The notes: generated by a model from the letters alone, not told the origin. Shown: positions 42,017 to 52,049, counted from the stretch's first letter. The stretch is 64,000 nt of DNA from Dehalococcoidia bacterium (GCA_030612025.1 JAUWOR010000006.1:36749-100748); one strand, 5' to 3'. Made by a program: numbers and translations.

Positions 42017-42697
42017 TTGATTAAGTTGGAAAAATCAGAGGCTTTACAGAGGAAAATCCGCCGAGATGACATATCAGAACTAGCAATACCTACTTGGACA
42101 TTGGTGCGCGAGGCAGTAAAAGCTGGAAAAGCTGATGAGGCACTTGAGCTTATTGATTATGGCTGTTACGAAGATAGACAGATGCACGACATCTTAGCTG
42201 CATTTCCTGATATTGCTCTCACTTATATTGCTAATCATTGTGGTGAGGAGGAAATTATAAAGGTCTTAAAGGAAAAATACTATGACAGAGCAAAAGATTT
42301 TATAGCGAGGATATCAAGTCCAAAAGAGGCTCTACAAAGATTGGTTGAGCAACAAAGAGCCCACTTCAGTGACTTTACTGTCATAGAAGAACCGGATAGG
42401 TATGTGGTGATAGCAGACCCATGTGGTAGTGGAGGTAGACTAAGAAGAATTAAAAATGTTGGGGTGACAAAGAAAGCATATCCTTGGTCATGGAGCAAAA
42501 CTGGTATTCCTTACTATTGTTGCCATTGCTGCGCATATTTCGAGGTCTTTCCAACTGAACTACGTGGATATCCGATAAGAGTCCATGAGATTACTGACAA
42601 ACCAGAAGATCCATGTATCCATTATTACTATAAGAAGCCAGAACTAATCCCGGAAGAATACTTTACCAGGATTGGCATGACCAAGACAATAGAATAA
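42017..42697 (+). CDS. Conserved hypothetical Cys/His-rich protein
   Basis: DPCGSGGR, PYYCCHC, EDPC; ordinary codon usage, positioned within the operon. Confidence 0.7.
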   Translation: MIKLEKSEALQRKIRRDDISELAIPTWTLVREAVKAGKADEALELIDYGCYEDRQMHDILAAFPDIALTYIANHCGEEEIIKVLKEKYYDRAKDFIARISSPKEALQRLVEQQRAHFSDFTVIEEPDRYVVIADPCGSGGRLRRIKNVGVTKKAYPWSWSKTGIPYYCCHCCAYFEVFPTELRGYPIRVHEITDKPEDPCIHYYYKKPELIPEEYFTRIGMTKTIE

Positions 42698-42714
42698 TTT
42701 AGGAAGGTGAGTAA

Positions 42715-43599
42715 GTGATTAAGGTGCAAGTAAGCGTAACCCCAAATGAAGCTAAACGCCTTATTGCCAAAGCGGTTTCCCAAATGTCAGTAGTTTGTAA
42801 CGCTTTAAAGAACGGTAAAATATTACTCAAGGGAGGCACCACGGTTTCTGCTTTAGCTGAGGAGTTAACCGCTACAAAACTGAAAATTTCGGGGCGTATT
42901 ACCAAACAAGGGACAAAAACAGCAAACAAAATACCCGGTTTTCATAGAGTGCTTCTTGAAGGTGGGCAGTTGAAAGGGCTCGACTCGGACTCAGCTCTTA
43001 ATGAGGTTGCTGTCCAGATGGGGAAAAACGATGTACTTATAACGGGAGCCAATGCCCTTGATGTGAACCGTAGAGCTGCAATTATGGTTGGGGCTCCTTT
43101 GGGGGGTATAGCAGGGAGATTCTTACCTGGTCTCATTGCCAGGGGCGTCATTACTATTATAGTAGTGGGATGGGAAAAACTTATCCCTTATCCCTTGGAA
43201 GAAGCATTGGCTGCAGCAGGAAGAGAAACTGTAGATCTAGCAATGGGCTTGGCTGTTGGTCTTATTCCCTTACGAGGAATTGTTGTCACCGAAACTGATG
43301 CTGTTAGTATGCTGACAGGAGTGAAGGCTACGGTCATAGGGGCTGGAGGTATTATGGGTGCTGAGGGCTCAACTACTTTTGTTATAGAAGGAGAGCCATC
43401 TCAAGTAAAGAAGGCATGGGAAATTGTCTATAGCGTAAAAGGAGCTGAAGTAAGTGGACTACCGGAGTCCCTTATCGAATGTAATCCAAAGAGTCCAATG
43501 TGCGCCAAGTACCTAAGTGTCGGTAATATGCGTATACCTTATCATCGTGCCTGCGTATATCGACAGCCGGAGTTAGTAACAAAAGTCTTTTCCACGTAG
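42715..43599 (+). CDS. Hypothetical protein, possibly NagB/RpiA/CoA-transferase-like fold
   Basis: GGTTVSA, ITGANALD, GAGGIMGAEG; C-terminal cysteines. Confidence 0.6.
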   Translation: MIKVQVSVTPNEAKRLIAKAVSQMSVVCNALKNGKILLKGGTTVSALAEELTATKLKISGRITKQGTKTANKIPGFHRVLLEGGQLKGLDSDSALNEVAVQMGKNDVLITGANALDVNRRAAIMVGAPLGGIAGRFLPGLIARGVITIIVVGWEKLIPYPLEEALAAAGRETVDLAMGLAVGLIPLRGIVVTETDAVSMLTGVKATVIGAGGIMGAEGSTTFVIEGEPSQVKKAWEIVYSVKGAEVSGLPESLIECNPKSPMCAKYLSVGNMRIPYHRACVYRQPELVTKVFST

Positions 43600-43636
43600 C
43601 TTTGATTTATAACATCTATGCTAGCATGAATTGTGG

Positions 43637-43672
43637 GCAATCAGCGGGAAACGGCACATGGCCTTACTTTTT
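43637..43672. repeat. Imperfect direct repeat, copy 1, flanking the MFS gene
   Basis: gcaatcagcgggaaacggcacatggccttacttttt vs gcaaccagcggggaacggcacctggccctgcttttt at 44951-44986. Confidence 0.75.
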
Positions 43673-43713
43673 GAAGATATATAAGTTCACTCCTAAGTTA
43701 TTTAAAACTAGGT

Positions 43714-44931
43714 ATGAGAAAGGTTTTTTATGGTTGGTGGATAGTATTTGCTTGCTTCCTCATTGCCTTCTATGTCGGTGGTACAGTAATCTATGGCTTT
43801 ACGGCTTTCTTTGAGCCGATAGCACAGGAGACTGGCTGGAGCTATACTCAGATCTCAATCGCTGCCTCCCTCCGTGGTTTGGAGATGGGAATACTTGCTC
43901 CCATTATGGGTTTCCTTGTTGACCGCTTTGGTCCGAGAAGGTTAATATTCTGCGGAACGCTTACGCTAGGCTTCGGGTTTATCTTTCTTAGCCAAGCCAA
44001 CTCACTTACTATGTTCTATGGTGCCTTTGTTCTTCTCGCTCTGGGAGTGAGTGCTTGCACTAGCACGGTGCTGATGACGGCGGTAGCCAACTGGTTCAGG
44101 AGGAATGTGGGAAAGGCACTCGGTATCATGGCTTGTGGATTCGGTGCCGGCGGAATACTTATCCCACTTATAGTTCAATTCATTGACCTTTATCAATGGA
44201 GAACCACTTTTATTATCCTAGGATTAGGAATGTGGCTACTTGGAATCCCTTTATCATTTATCATCCGTCATAAGCCAGAGCAATATGGCTATCTTCCTGA
44301 CGGGGAGACATCAGCTGAGCAAGTCTTAACCTCTAAAAATCAAGAGCAGGAAGTTAATTTTAAGGAAGCACTTAAGAACAGAGACTTCTGGCATTTAAGT
44401 ATTGCAGAGGCAATACGGATGATGGTTTGCACGGCAGTTATTACTCATGTCATGCCTTATCTTAGTAGCCTGAATATATCCAGGTCGAGGGCCGCTCTTG
44501 TGGCAACCTCTATTCCACTGCTCAGCATTATCGGGAGGCTTGGTTTTGGCTGGCTTGGTGATATTTTTGATAAAAGGTATGTCATGGCTGGAGCATATTC
44601 CCTTGCTGGAGTAGGGATTTTAGCTTTCTCCTATGTTCAGGCGACATGGCTTATTTTTCCTTTCCTTATCCTTTTTCCTTTGTCATTGGGAGCCGTGGTT
44701 TTGAGAGGAGCCATAGTAAGAGAGTATTTTGGGATAGCTTCTTTCGGCAAGATATTTGGGATAATGGCGGGGATAGCAACGATTGGTGGAGTCCTGGGTC
44801 CTTCCCTTGCTGGATGGACATATGACACTTTTGGAAGTTATCGTCCAATATGGCTTGCCTTTGCTGGTATTAGTATTGTTCCCGTAATGTTGATGTTAAC
44901 GATAAAACCATACAATTGGATAGTTGAGTGA
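43714..44931 (+). CDS. MFS transporter (OFA/MCT-like)
   Basis: FYGWWIV, GFLVDRFGPR motif A, about 12 TM helices. Confidence 0.93.
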   Translation: MRKVFYGWWIVFACFLIAFYVGGTVIYGFTAFFEPIAQETGWSYTQISIAASLRGLEMGILAPIMGFLVDRFGPRRLIFCGTLTLGFGFIFLSQANSLTMFYGAFVLLALGVSACTSTVLMTAVANWFRRNVGKALGIMACGFGAGGILIPLIVQFIDLYQWRTTFIILGLGMWLLGIPLSFIIRHKPEQYGYLPDGETSAEQVLTSKNQEQEVNFKEALKNRDFWHLSIAEAIRMMVCTAVITHVMPYLSSLNISRSRAALVATSIPLLSIIGRLGFGWLGDIFDKRYVMAGAYSLAGVGILAFSYVQATWLIFPFLILFPLSLGAVVLRGAIVREYFGIASFGKIFGIMAGIATIGGVLGPSLAGWTYDTFGSYRPIWLAFAGISIVPVMLMLTIKPYNWIVE

Positions 44932-44950
44932 GTTTAAAAATGTGTAACAA

Positions 44951-44986
44951 GCAACCAGCGGGGAACGGCACCTGGCCCTGCTTTTT
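44951..44986. repeat. Imperfect direct repeat, copy 2
   Basis: See 43637-43672. Confidence 0.75.
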
Positions 44987-45201
44987 TCAGCCAGACGCTT
45001 CCTCGTCCCGTGTGGTGCGCCGCTGTAATCGGGGGTCGCCTGCAAATGTTGGTTTTGCTATTTGTTTTTGAGTCTGACGATATTTCCCTTTGATATGCCA
45101 GCTATTGTGGATAAGCAAACATGGCAGTTAGCACAAAGACGAATGGAGAGTCAAAAAGCTAGGGCAGAAGAAAGAAGGATGTGAGAAATGTGTGGCAAAA
45201 A

Positions 45202-45567
45202 TTAAGACTGGGTAATGGCGTTTTCAATGAGCTCGATGCGTTTGGCTTTACCTTTTTGGTCAACTTCTATAGCAACCACATCTATGCGCCATAAAGGGGG
45301 TAGATTCTGGTGAGTACTAATATAGGTTAAAGCTGAGGCAATGAGTTTTTCCTTTTTGCTTTGTGTTATCGATTCCTCGGGAGTACCAAAGTCTAAGCTG
45401 CTCTTAGTGCGAACTTCGACAAAGACGAGATAGTCTTTTTGCTGGGCAACGAAGTCAATTTCCCCTTCACGGCAGCGAAAATTCGCCTCACGAATATGGT
45501 AGCCTTTCTTCTTAAGAAATTTCTGGGCTAATTTCTCCCCTAGCTTGCCAGTCTCTTGGCGATTCAT
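45202..45567 (-). CDS. yraN: YraN (UPF0102) family endonuclease-like protein
   Basis: GKLGE..A..FL, GEIDFV, FVEVRTK, RIDVVAI. Confidence 0.92.
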   Translation of the reverse strand: MNRQETGKLGEKLAQKFLKKKGYHIREANFRCREGEIDFVAQQKDYLVFVEVRTKSSLDFGTPEESITQSKKEKLIASALTYISTHQNLPPLWRIDVVAIEVDQKGKAKRIELIENAITQS

Positions 45568-45604
45568 CACCCTCACCTTAATCCTCTCCCTTGAAGGGAG
45601 AGGA
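45567..45604. repeat. Palindromic repeat family A at the rnhB-yraN junction
   Basis: tcaccctcaccttaatcctctcccttgaagggagagga. Confidence 0.85.
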
Positions 45605-46234
45605 AATACCACTTCCAGCCAACATCCTCACCGGGGCAAAGGATAGACGGTGAATTGGTGAAGGCCCTAGTTGCCACAAGCTGGAGATATGCTGCTGTGT
45701 TCCATACCCCTTATGTTTAGCAAACCCATAGCCAGGATAGATTTTATCCAGCTCTTCCATTATATGATCTCTGGTGACCTTAGCCACAATAGAAGCACAG
45801 GCAATAGAAAGACATAGCTTATCACCCTTGGTTATCCCTTTTTGGGCAATATGGCATCGAGGCAAAGCTAGCCTGTCTATAAGGAGAAAATGTGGTTGTT
45901 TGGGCAGCTTCTCTACAGCTTGCTTCATAGCCATCTGGGTTGCCTTGAGAATATTTATGACATCGATTATCCGGGGTGGAACTACGCCAATGCCTACCGC
46001 TAAGGCCTCCCTCTGAATCAAGTGGAAAAAAAATTCACGCTTTTTGGGACTTATCTCTTTGCTCTCCCGGACTAGCTTAAACCAAGAGGGATAGCTAGAG
46101 CAAGGTAGGATGACGGCGCCAGCAACCACAGGGCCAGCAAGAGCCCCTCGCCCAGCTTCATCAACCCCAGCGATAAGCTCATAACCCTGTAATTTAAGCT
46201 CATTCTCTTGATTAAGGGTTGGTGGCAGTGACAT
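45578..46234 (-). CDS. rnhB: Ribonuclease HII
   Basis: GVDEAGRG.LAGPV, KGD, AKVTRD, HKGYGT, HRLSF. Confidence 0.96.
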   Translation of the reverse strand: MSLPPTLNQENELKLQGYELIAGVDEAGRGALAGPVVAGAVILPCSSYPSWFKLVRESKEISPKKREFFFHLIQREALAVGIGVVPPRIIDVINILKATQMAMKQAVEKLPKQPHFLLIDRLALPRCHIAQKGITKGDKLCLSIACASIVAKVTRDHIMEELDKIYPGYGFAKHKGYGTQQHISSLWQLGPSPIHRLSFAPVRMLAGSGISSPFKGED

Positions 46235-46248
46235 ATTCCTGCTGAAAT

Positions 46249-46340
46249 TCAAAAATCAAAGATAAAAAATCAAAATTACAATTCAAAATGCAAAAGTACT
46301 TCATTTTTGAATTTTGCTCTGGCATTTTGCATTTTAATTT
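46249..46340. repeat. Inverted heptamer arrays (TCAAAAN / ATTTTGC), no cargo gene, overlapping the 3' end of mnmA
   Basis: tcaaaaa tcaaaga taaaaaa tcaaaat..tcaaaat gcaaaag ... tttttga attttgc..attttgc attttaa. Confidence 0.75.
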
Positions 46341-47403
46341 CTCCATTTGATATGATGCCCCCGCCTAGCACCTCATCGCCTTGGTAGAATACGATGGCTT
46401 GGCCTGGGGTAATCGCTTTCTGCGGCTGTGGAAACCAGATATCGGAGATTGCTTCCCCTTCACTTCGTTCAGGGTCGCAATGACGCGGTGGAAATAAGAC
46501 AGCTACTGCTTCTCTTGATTTATAGCGTATCTTAGCAGCCGCAGTGATAGGCCCGAGCAGCGGTTTACCTGCTACCCAGTTCAGCCTTTGGGCGGTAACT
46601 TTCTGACTGTAGAGATCCTTCGCTTCACTCAGGACAATTCTATTATGCTCAGGTTCTATCCTTATGACATAAAGGGGCTTGCCTGAGGCTAATCCCAGGC
46701 CATGCCTCTGCCCGATAGTGTAAAAGACTATTCCTTGGTGACGTCCTAATATTACTCCTTGAGCATCTACGATCTCTCCAGGTATACTCGAAAGGCGCTG
46801 GCTGAGGAAAGCACGGTAATTCTTTTCAGAAATGAAGCAGATGTCCTGGCTAGGCTTAAATGCTATAGATAATCCTGCTCGCTTTGCTATCTGCTTAACC
46901 TCAGTTTTAGTATAGCTACCTAAAGGGAAAAGGAGATGCTTAAGTTTTTCCTGAGTTAAAGTATAAAGGAAGTAAGATTGGTCTTTACTTAAATCTGCCG
47001 CTTTAAGTAAGTGATAGCCATCCTCTGAATGCTCAATCCGGGCATAATGACCCGTAGCCAGGAAATTAGCTCCCAGGGAAAGGGCTTTAGATAAAAGGAG
47101 GCCAAACTTTATCTGCTGATTACAGGCAATGCAGGGATTGGGAGTTCGCCCCCTCTTATACTCCCGGCAGAAATAGTCCACTACATTGAGGTCAAATTCT
47201 TTTTTCGAATCTACCACGTAGAAGGGAATGTTTAGAGTGCTGCAGAGAGCTTCGGTCTGACGTGCTTGGTATTCGGAGCGAGAGGAATCCCAGAGATGCA
47301 TGTGTAGCCCTATAACTTCATGGCCAGCTTCCTTGAGTAACAAGGCAGCCACAGAGGAATCCATCCCTCCGCTTAAGGCCACGGCTACTCTTCCTTTAGT
47401 CAT
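46276..47403 (-). CDS. mnmA: tRNA 2-thiouridylase MnmA
   Basis: SGGMDSS, TPNPCIACN, ATGHYA, KDQSYFL, SQDICF, TPGQ. Confidence 0.96.
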   Translation of the reverse strand: MTKGRVAVALSGGMDSSVAALLLKEAGHEVIGLHMHLWDSSRSEYQARQTEALCSTLNIPFYVVDSKKEFDLNVVDYFCREYKRGRTPNPCIACNQQIKFGLLLSKALSLGANFLATGHYARIEHSEDGYHLLKAADLSKDQSYFLYTLTQEKLKHLLFPLGSYTKTEVKQIAKRAGLSIAFKPSQDICFISEKNYRAFLSQRLSSIPGEIVDAQGVILGRHQGIVFYTIGQRHGLGLASGKPLYVIRIEPEHNRIVLSEAKDLYSQKVTAQRLNWVAGKPLLGPITAAAKIRYKSREAVAVLFPPRHCDPERSEGEAISDIWFPQPQKAITPGQAIVFYQGDEVLGGGIISNGEIKMQNARAKFKNEVLLHFEL

Positions 47404-47491
47404 AGATGCTGTATAAGTATATCGCACAAAGTAGACTGTAGCGAGATTGTATACTCGTTCACATGATCAGTGACACATAATTTCCTCTCTA

Positions 47492-47651
47492 GTCATTACG
47501 AGCGAAGCGAAGCAATCTCGTTTCTTCTAGGTTGCTTCGGCGCTGACGTGCCTCGCAATGACGGGAAGAGGAAGGGATTGCCACGCCTTCGTTTATCACC
47601 CTCACCTTAATCCTCTCCCATCAAGGGAGAGGAAATTCGACTCGCAATGGC
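47492..47651. repeat. Composite cluster of palindromic repeats (families B and A)
   Basis: gtcattacgagcgaagcgaagcaatct...ctcgcaatgac, then a family A copy nested inside a second family B unit. Confidence 0.8.
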
Positions 47652-48280
47652 GAGGGGGGAGGTAACAACTGGCTCACCTTTTCCCAGACGATTTTGGCAA
47701 TCTTATTTTTGGCTAGAGAAGCATCTATTACCAACCAGCGGTCGGGGTCAGTTGCCGCCATCTTGAGATAACCCTCTCTAACACGGCGATGGAAGGATAA
47801 ATCCTCTAGCTCAAAACGGTCTTTTAAATTTCGTTTTCGTGTCAACCCCTGCTCAGGCGGTAGGTCTAAGAGGATAATGACATCTGGCTCGAGATTCTGG
47901 GTTGCCAGGCTGTTAACCATTTCCACAGTAGGCAAACTAAGCCCCCGTCCATAGCCTTGATAGACAGAGGTAGAATAACTAAAGCGGTCGCAGATAACTA
48001 TCTTGCCTTCTTGTAAAGTAGGGCGAATTACTTCAGCTATCAATTGGGCCCGAGAAGCAGCAAAAAGGAACAACTCAGCTTCAGGCGAAACAAGACATCC
48101 TCGCTTCTTCTTTAGTGCCCTCCTTATCTCACTACCTAGAACCGTGCCCCCAGGCTCATGTGTCAGTACTACAGGAATATTCTGCTGACGCAACCTCTGG
48201 TATAAAGCCCTGGCCTGGGTGCTTTTGCCACAGCCCTCACCACCTTCAAATGTGATAAACAAGCTCAAGGGTTGCCTCAA
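47621..48280 (-). CDS. tmk: Thymidylate kinase
   Basis: FITFEGGEGCGKSTQ, EPGGT, CDRF..S..YQG. Confidence 0.96.
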   Translation of the reverse strand: MRQPLSLFITFEGGEGCGKSTQARALYQRLRQQNIPVVLTHEPGGTVLGSEIRRALKKKRGCLVSPEAELFLFAASRAQLIAEVIRPTLQEGKIVICDRFSYSTSVYQGYGRGLSLPTVEMVNSLATQNLEPDVIILLDLPPEQGLTRKRNLKDRFELEDLSFHRRVREGYLKMAATDPDRWLVIDASLAKNKIAKIVWEKVSQLLPPPSPLRVEFPLP

Positions 48281-48298
48281 TTCCCCCTTGTCACGATG

Positions 48299-49768
48299 CT
48301 ACTTCCTTTTGCTACCAGGTTCTGGCTCCCACTTATTGGTGTTAAGGTTAGGATGTCTAGCTATCATATGTTGCAGGTGATGAACATAGGCAGACTGGGA
48401 GGTAACAGGATAGACAGTATCCAGACACCGTCTCATTTGAGCGGCATCGTTGTTTTTAAGAACATAAATCGGTATACCGAGTGCCTCAGCATCTCTTATC
48501 TTCTGTGGTTTACGGCGGTAATAGCTTCGCGTGGTGAGAAAAAGGTCAGCTTGCTTAAGATCAGCAACAAATTTCAAATTTTCTCGCTCTTCCCCAGCAA
48601 CTTGTTCTAACCGGGAATGGTTAATGCCGAAGAGGTAAAATCGCAAAGGTTGCTTCTCCAGTTCCTTCACTGCCTCTTCACTGATTGCCACGCCTTTGGC
48701 TCGCAACTTCGGCTCAGAGCTTGGGTTCAGGACAAGCCTTTGATTGCTTTCTAACATGGAAGACGATGTTATTTTCTCCCTTTTTATCTCCCTCTTTTCG
48801 TCCACCCAGCGAAGCTCAGCTTGAACGGGTTGTTGATGCAAGGTAGCATCTACAGCATCAATCACGTTGGCGTGAACGGTTACTTTATAGTAGTCCATGA
48901 TTTCAACCACCACATCAAATGTAGGTGGTGCCTTGCGTTCCAGAATAGATTTCTGTGTGTGGCGCCGCCTTGCTTCTTCATCACCTAAGGTAACCGTTTG
49001 GATGCCACCGATGAGGTCTGACAAGGTAGGATTCAGTATCAAGTTCTCCAAAGTGTTTCCGTGAGCCGTGCCTATTAATTGCACTCCACGCTCAGCAATA
49101 GTTCGAGCTGCCTGGGCTTCAAGCTCAGTACCTATTTCATCAATGATGATGACCTCAGGCATGTGATTCTCCACCGCTTCAATCATCACTGCGTGCTGCA
49201 TGGCAGGGGTAGCTACCTGCATCCGCCGCGCGTGTCCAATAGCAGGGTGGGGGATATCACCATCTCCAGCAATTTCATTTGAGGTGTCAATTACAACAAC
49301 CCGTTTTTTGAGATCATCAGCTAGCACCCGGGCTACTTCCCGCAACATGGTTGTTTTACCCACCCCAGGCCGCCCCAAGAGCAAAACATTCTTGCCCAAT
49401 TCAACAAGGTCTTGAATCATCTTTACAGTACCGAACACAGCCCGGCCCACACGGCAAGTCAGACCAATTATACGACCGTTTCTATTGCGTATAGCTGAGA
49501 TGCGATGAAGAGTGCGTTCAATGCCGGCGCGATTGTCTCCAGTGAACTCACCGACTCGCGATACTACATAGTCGATATCACCAGGGTCAACTTCCTTAGA
49601 ATTGAGAATTAACTCTTGACGGGGAAAACGAGCTTCAGGGAGGCGCCCCAAGTCTAAGATTACTTCCAGTAATTCACCCCGACCAGATTGCTCATAAAGT
49701 GGTTCACGGATATGAGGCGGTAAAATATCAAGCAAAGCATCCAGTTCATTACTAACTACCTTTTGCAT
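48299..49768 (-). CDS. Ycf45/SpoIIIAA-like AAA ATPase with a degenerate R3H tail
   Basis: TLHRISAIRN, GRPGVGKTT, DTSNEIAG, IDEIG, TAHG. Confidence 0.88.
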   Translation of the reverse strand: MQKVVSNELDALLDILPPHIREPLYEQSGRGELLEVILDLGRLPEARFPRQELILNSKEVDPGDIDYVVSRVGEFTGDNRAGIERTLHRISAIRNRNGRIIGLTCRVGRAVFGTVKMIQDLVELGKNVLLLGRPGVGKTTMLREVARVLADDLKKRVVVIDTSNEIAGDGDIPHPAIGHARRMQVATPAMQHAVMIEAVENHMPEVIIIDEIGTELEAQAARTIAERGVQLIGTAHGNTLENLILNPTLSDLIGGIQTVTLGDEEARRRHTQKSILERKAPPTFDVVVEIMDYYKVTVHANVIDAVDATLHQQPVQAELRWVDEKREIKREKITSSSMLESNQRLVLNPSSEPKLRAKGVAISEEAVKELEKQPLRFYLFGINHSRLEQVAGEERENLKFVADLKQADLFLTTRSYYRRKPQKIRDAEALGIPIYVLKNNDAAQMRRCLDTVYPVTSQSAYVHHLQHMIARHPNLNTNKWEPEPGSKRK

Positions 49769-49791
49769 ACTAAAACAACAATTACTTTCAG

Positions 49792-50673
49792 CTAACCACC
49801 CCTGGTAGCTAGCAACTCCTGCTGGGGTATAGCCTTTATGTCCAGGCCGGGCATAGCAGCACCTAAACCTTTAGAGACTTCAGCAATAATAGCTGGGTCT
49901 TGATAATGAGTGGTGGCTTTGACAATGGCTTTCGCCCTGGCTGGGGGATCACTGGACTTAAAAATCCCTGAGCCAACAAACACACCCTCAGCACCTAGTT
50001 GCATCATCAAAGCAGCATCGGCTGGCGTAGCTATGCCGCCAGCAGCGAAGTTCACCACGGGCAACTTCCCCGTGTTATGCACCTCCATCACTAACTTAAA
50101 AGGAGCACCTAGCTTCTTCGCCTCAGCTATCAGCTCTTCCTCCAGTAAGACCTGAAGCTTACGAATTCCGCCCTGGACTGCTCGCATATGTCTCACAGCT
50201 TCAACAATATTCCCTGTTCCCGCCTCACCTTTCGTTCGAATCATCGCTGCCCCTTCAGCAATACGACGCAACGCCTCACCTAAATCACGGCAGCCACAAA
50301 TAAAGGGAACCTTGAAATCGTGCTTCCAAATATGGTGGTTCTCGTCGGCAGGAGTAAGCACTTCAGATTCATCGATAAAGTCAACGCTCAATGCCTCTAA
50401 CACTTGAGCCTCAACAAAATGCCCGATGCGGCATTTTGCCATTACCGGTATACTCACCGCTTCCATTATAGCTGAGATTATAGTTGGGTCAGCCATACGA
50501 GCCACTCCACCGGCAGCACGAATGTCCGCCGGCACCCGCTCTAAGGCCATGACAGCGCAAGCACCAGCTTCCTCAGCAATTTTGGCTTGCTCCGCGGTGA
50601 CCACATCCATGATTACGCCACCCTTCAGCATCTGAGCCAATCCAGTTTTAGTTTTCCAAGTACCCTTTTCCAT
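49792..50673 (-). CDS. pdxS: PLP synthase subunit PdxS
   Basis: [32 protein letters not shown]. Confidence 0.98.
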   Translation of the reverse strand: MEKGTWKTKTGLAQMLKGGVIMDVVTAEQAKIAEEAGACAVMALERVPADIRAAGGVARMADPTIISAIMEAVSIPVMAKCRIGHFVEAQVLEALSVDFIDESEVLTPADENHHIWKHDFKVPFICGCRDLGEALRRIAEGAAMIRTKGEAGTGNIVEAVRHMRAVQGGIRKLQVLLEEELIAEAKKLGAPFKLVMEVHNTGKLPVVNFAAGGIATPADAALMMQLGAEGVFVGSGIFKSSDPPARAKAIVKATTHYQDPAIIAEVSKGLGAAMPGLDIKAIPQQELLATRGG

Positions 50674-50870
50674 TTCTTAATTACCCTTAGTATATCTTAC
50701 CACTATAGCTAAAATAATTACAGTTAATATTATCATTATTTAGTTTGGCAGACAACTTAACATTAAAGGCAGTGCCCAAAAATCTAGTGCCCCTTTAACC
50801 TTGTGGAAGGGTCGCAACTACAAAATTGGGGGCGAATATGAATCCAACGCTAGAGCAAGATTAAACAGCA

Positions 50871-52049
50871 TCATGTTCCACTTTCTAGTTTTCCTTCATA
50901 GGCTTTCTCAAAGAGTCTAACCATGCCTTCCTCTGTGACTTTACGCGGATTGCGTGCTACATGTGCGGTGCTCTTAAAAACGTTCTTCGCTATTGAGGGA
51001 ATCATGTCCCTTGTTACGCCGACTTCTTTAATTGATGTTGGCATATTTAAATCTATTAAAAGTTTCTTAAAAGCCAGGGCGGATCTGAATGCTGCCTCTC
51101 GTAAGGATAATTCTGAGGTAGGCTCTCCTAAGAGCTCCGCAATGGTGGCATGCTTTCGCAGATTCGAAATAGCATTATATTCCAGCACATAGGGCATTGT
51201 AATAGCTATTGAATAGCCATGTGGGAAGTGAAATTTCGTCGCTGGATATACATAAGCATAACCACATGCATGTCCAATCACAGTTCCCGCGTTTCCAAAA
51301 GCCAGGCCAGCCATTAAAGATGCCAGGGACATGCCTGATCGGGCCTCCATGTTATCTCCGTAAGCATAAGCTGCTCTGAGATTTTCAGCAACAAGACTCA
51401 TGGCCTCCACTGCTAGAGCATCTGTTATCGGATTAGCTTTTAAGGATACATAGGCCTCGATAGCATGACACAATGCATCTATACCTGTATTGGCCGTCGT
51501 GCGGGCAGGCACCGTTCTGGTCAATTCAGGATCAACAAGTGCAATATCTGGGTACATAAGTGAGCTATACAATACATATTTGACTTCGGGGGTAGCAAAA
51601 ACCGCTGCGTTGGAAACCTCACTCCCGGTTCCAGATGTAGTTGGGATAAGCACAAGTGGAGCTAATGGTTTTTCAAAAACTTCCTTAACCCACTCCTTAA
51701 GGCTTCCGGGATTGGTGATTGAGACAGCCGCTGCCTTAGCAGTATCCATTACGCTGCCACCACCAAGCCCGATAACGCTATCGTATTTCCCCTCCCTGGT
51801 GAATTGTATTGCTGCTTCACCAACTTCTAAAGCCGGTTCGGGCTCTACTTTATCCCAAACCGCATAATCAAACCCACCCTTTTCCAGCATACCCGTTACT
51901 TTATCAACCCATCCAGCCTTTTTAACCACTGGACCAGTTATAATAGCTATTTTCTTGGCGCCGATATCTTTTAGTTCCCTGCCAAGCTGTTCTACAGCGC
52001 CCACGCCGAAAAGAATCTTCTTAGCTGTAACAAATGAATATGTCTTCAT
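50871..52049 (-). CDS. Iron-containing alcohol dehydrogenase
   Basis: GGGSVMD, PTTSGTGSE, DALCHAIE, HG. Confidence 0.93.
   Translation of the reverse strand: MKTYSFVTAKKILFGVGAVEQLGRELKDIGAKKIAIITGPVVKKAGWVDKVTGMLEKGGFDYAVWDKVEPEPALEVGEAAIQFTREGKYDSVIGLGGGSVMDTAKAAAVSITNPGSLKEWVKEVFEKPLAPLVLIPTTSGTGSEVSNAAVFATPEVKYVLYSSLMYPDIALVDPELTRTVPARTTANTGIDALCHAIEAYVSLKANPITDALAVEAMSLVAENLRAAYAYGDNMEARSGMSLASLMAGLAFGNAGTVIGHACGYAYVYPATKFHFPHGYSIAITMPYVLEYNAISNLRKHATIAELLGEPTSELSLREAAFRSALAFKKLLIDLNMPTSIKEVGVTRDMIPSIAKNVFKSTAHVARNPRKVTEEGMVRLFEKAYEGKLESGT

Noticed and set aside
45016-45050. Group II intron 5' end (GTGCG...)
   Set aside because: Only a 5-nt match; no domain V and no RT ORF.
2840-51867. 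Many antisense or overlapping ORFs in the ORF track (e.g. 2840..3154, 15545..16030, 23468..23962, 29086..29433, 51490..51867)
   Set aside because: Shadows of well-supported genes, with no motifs of their own.
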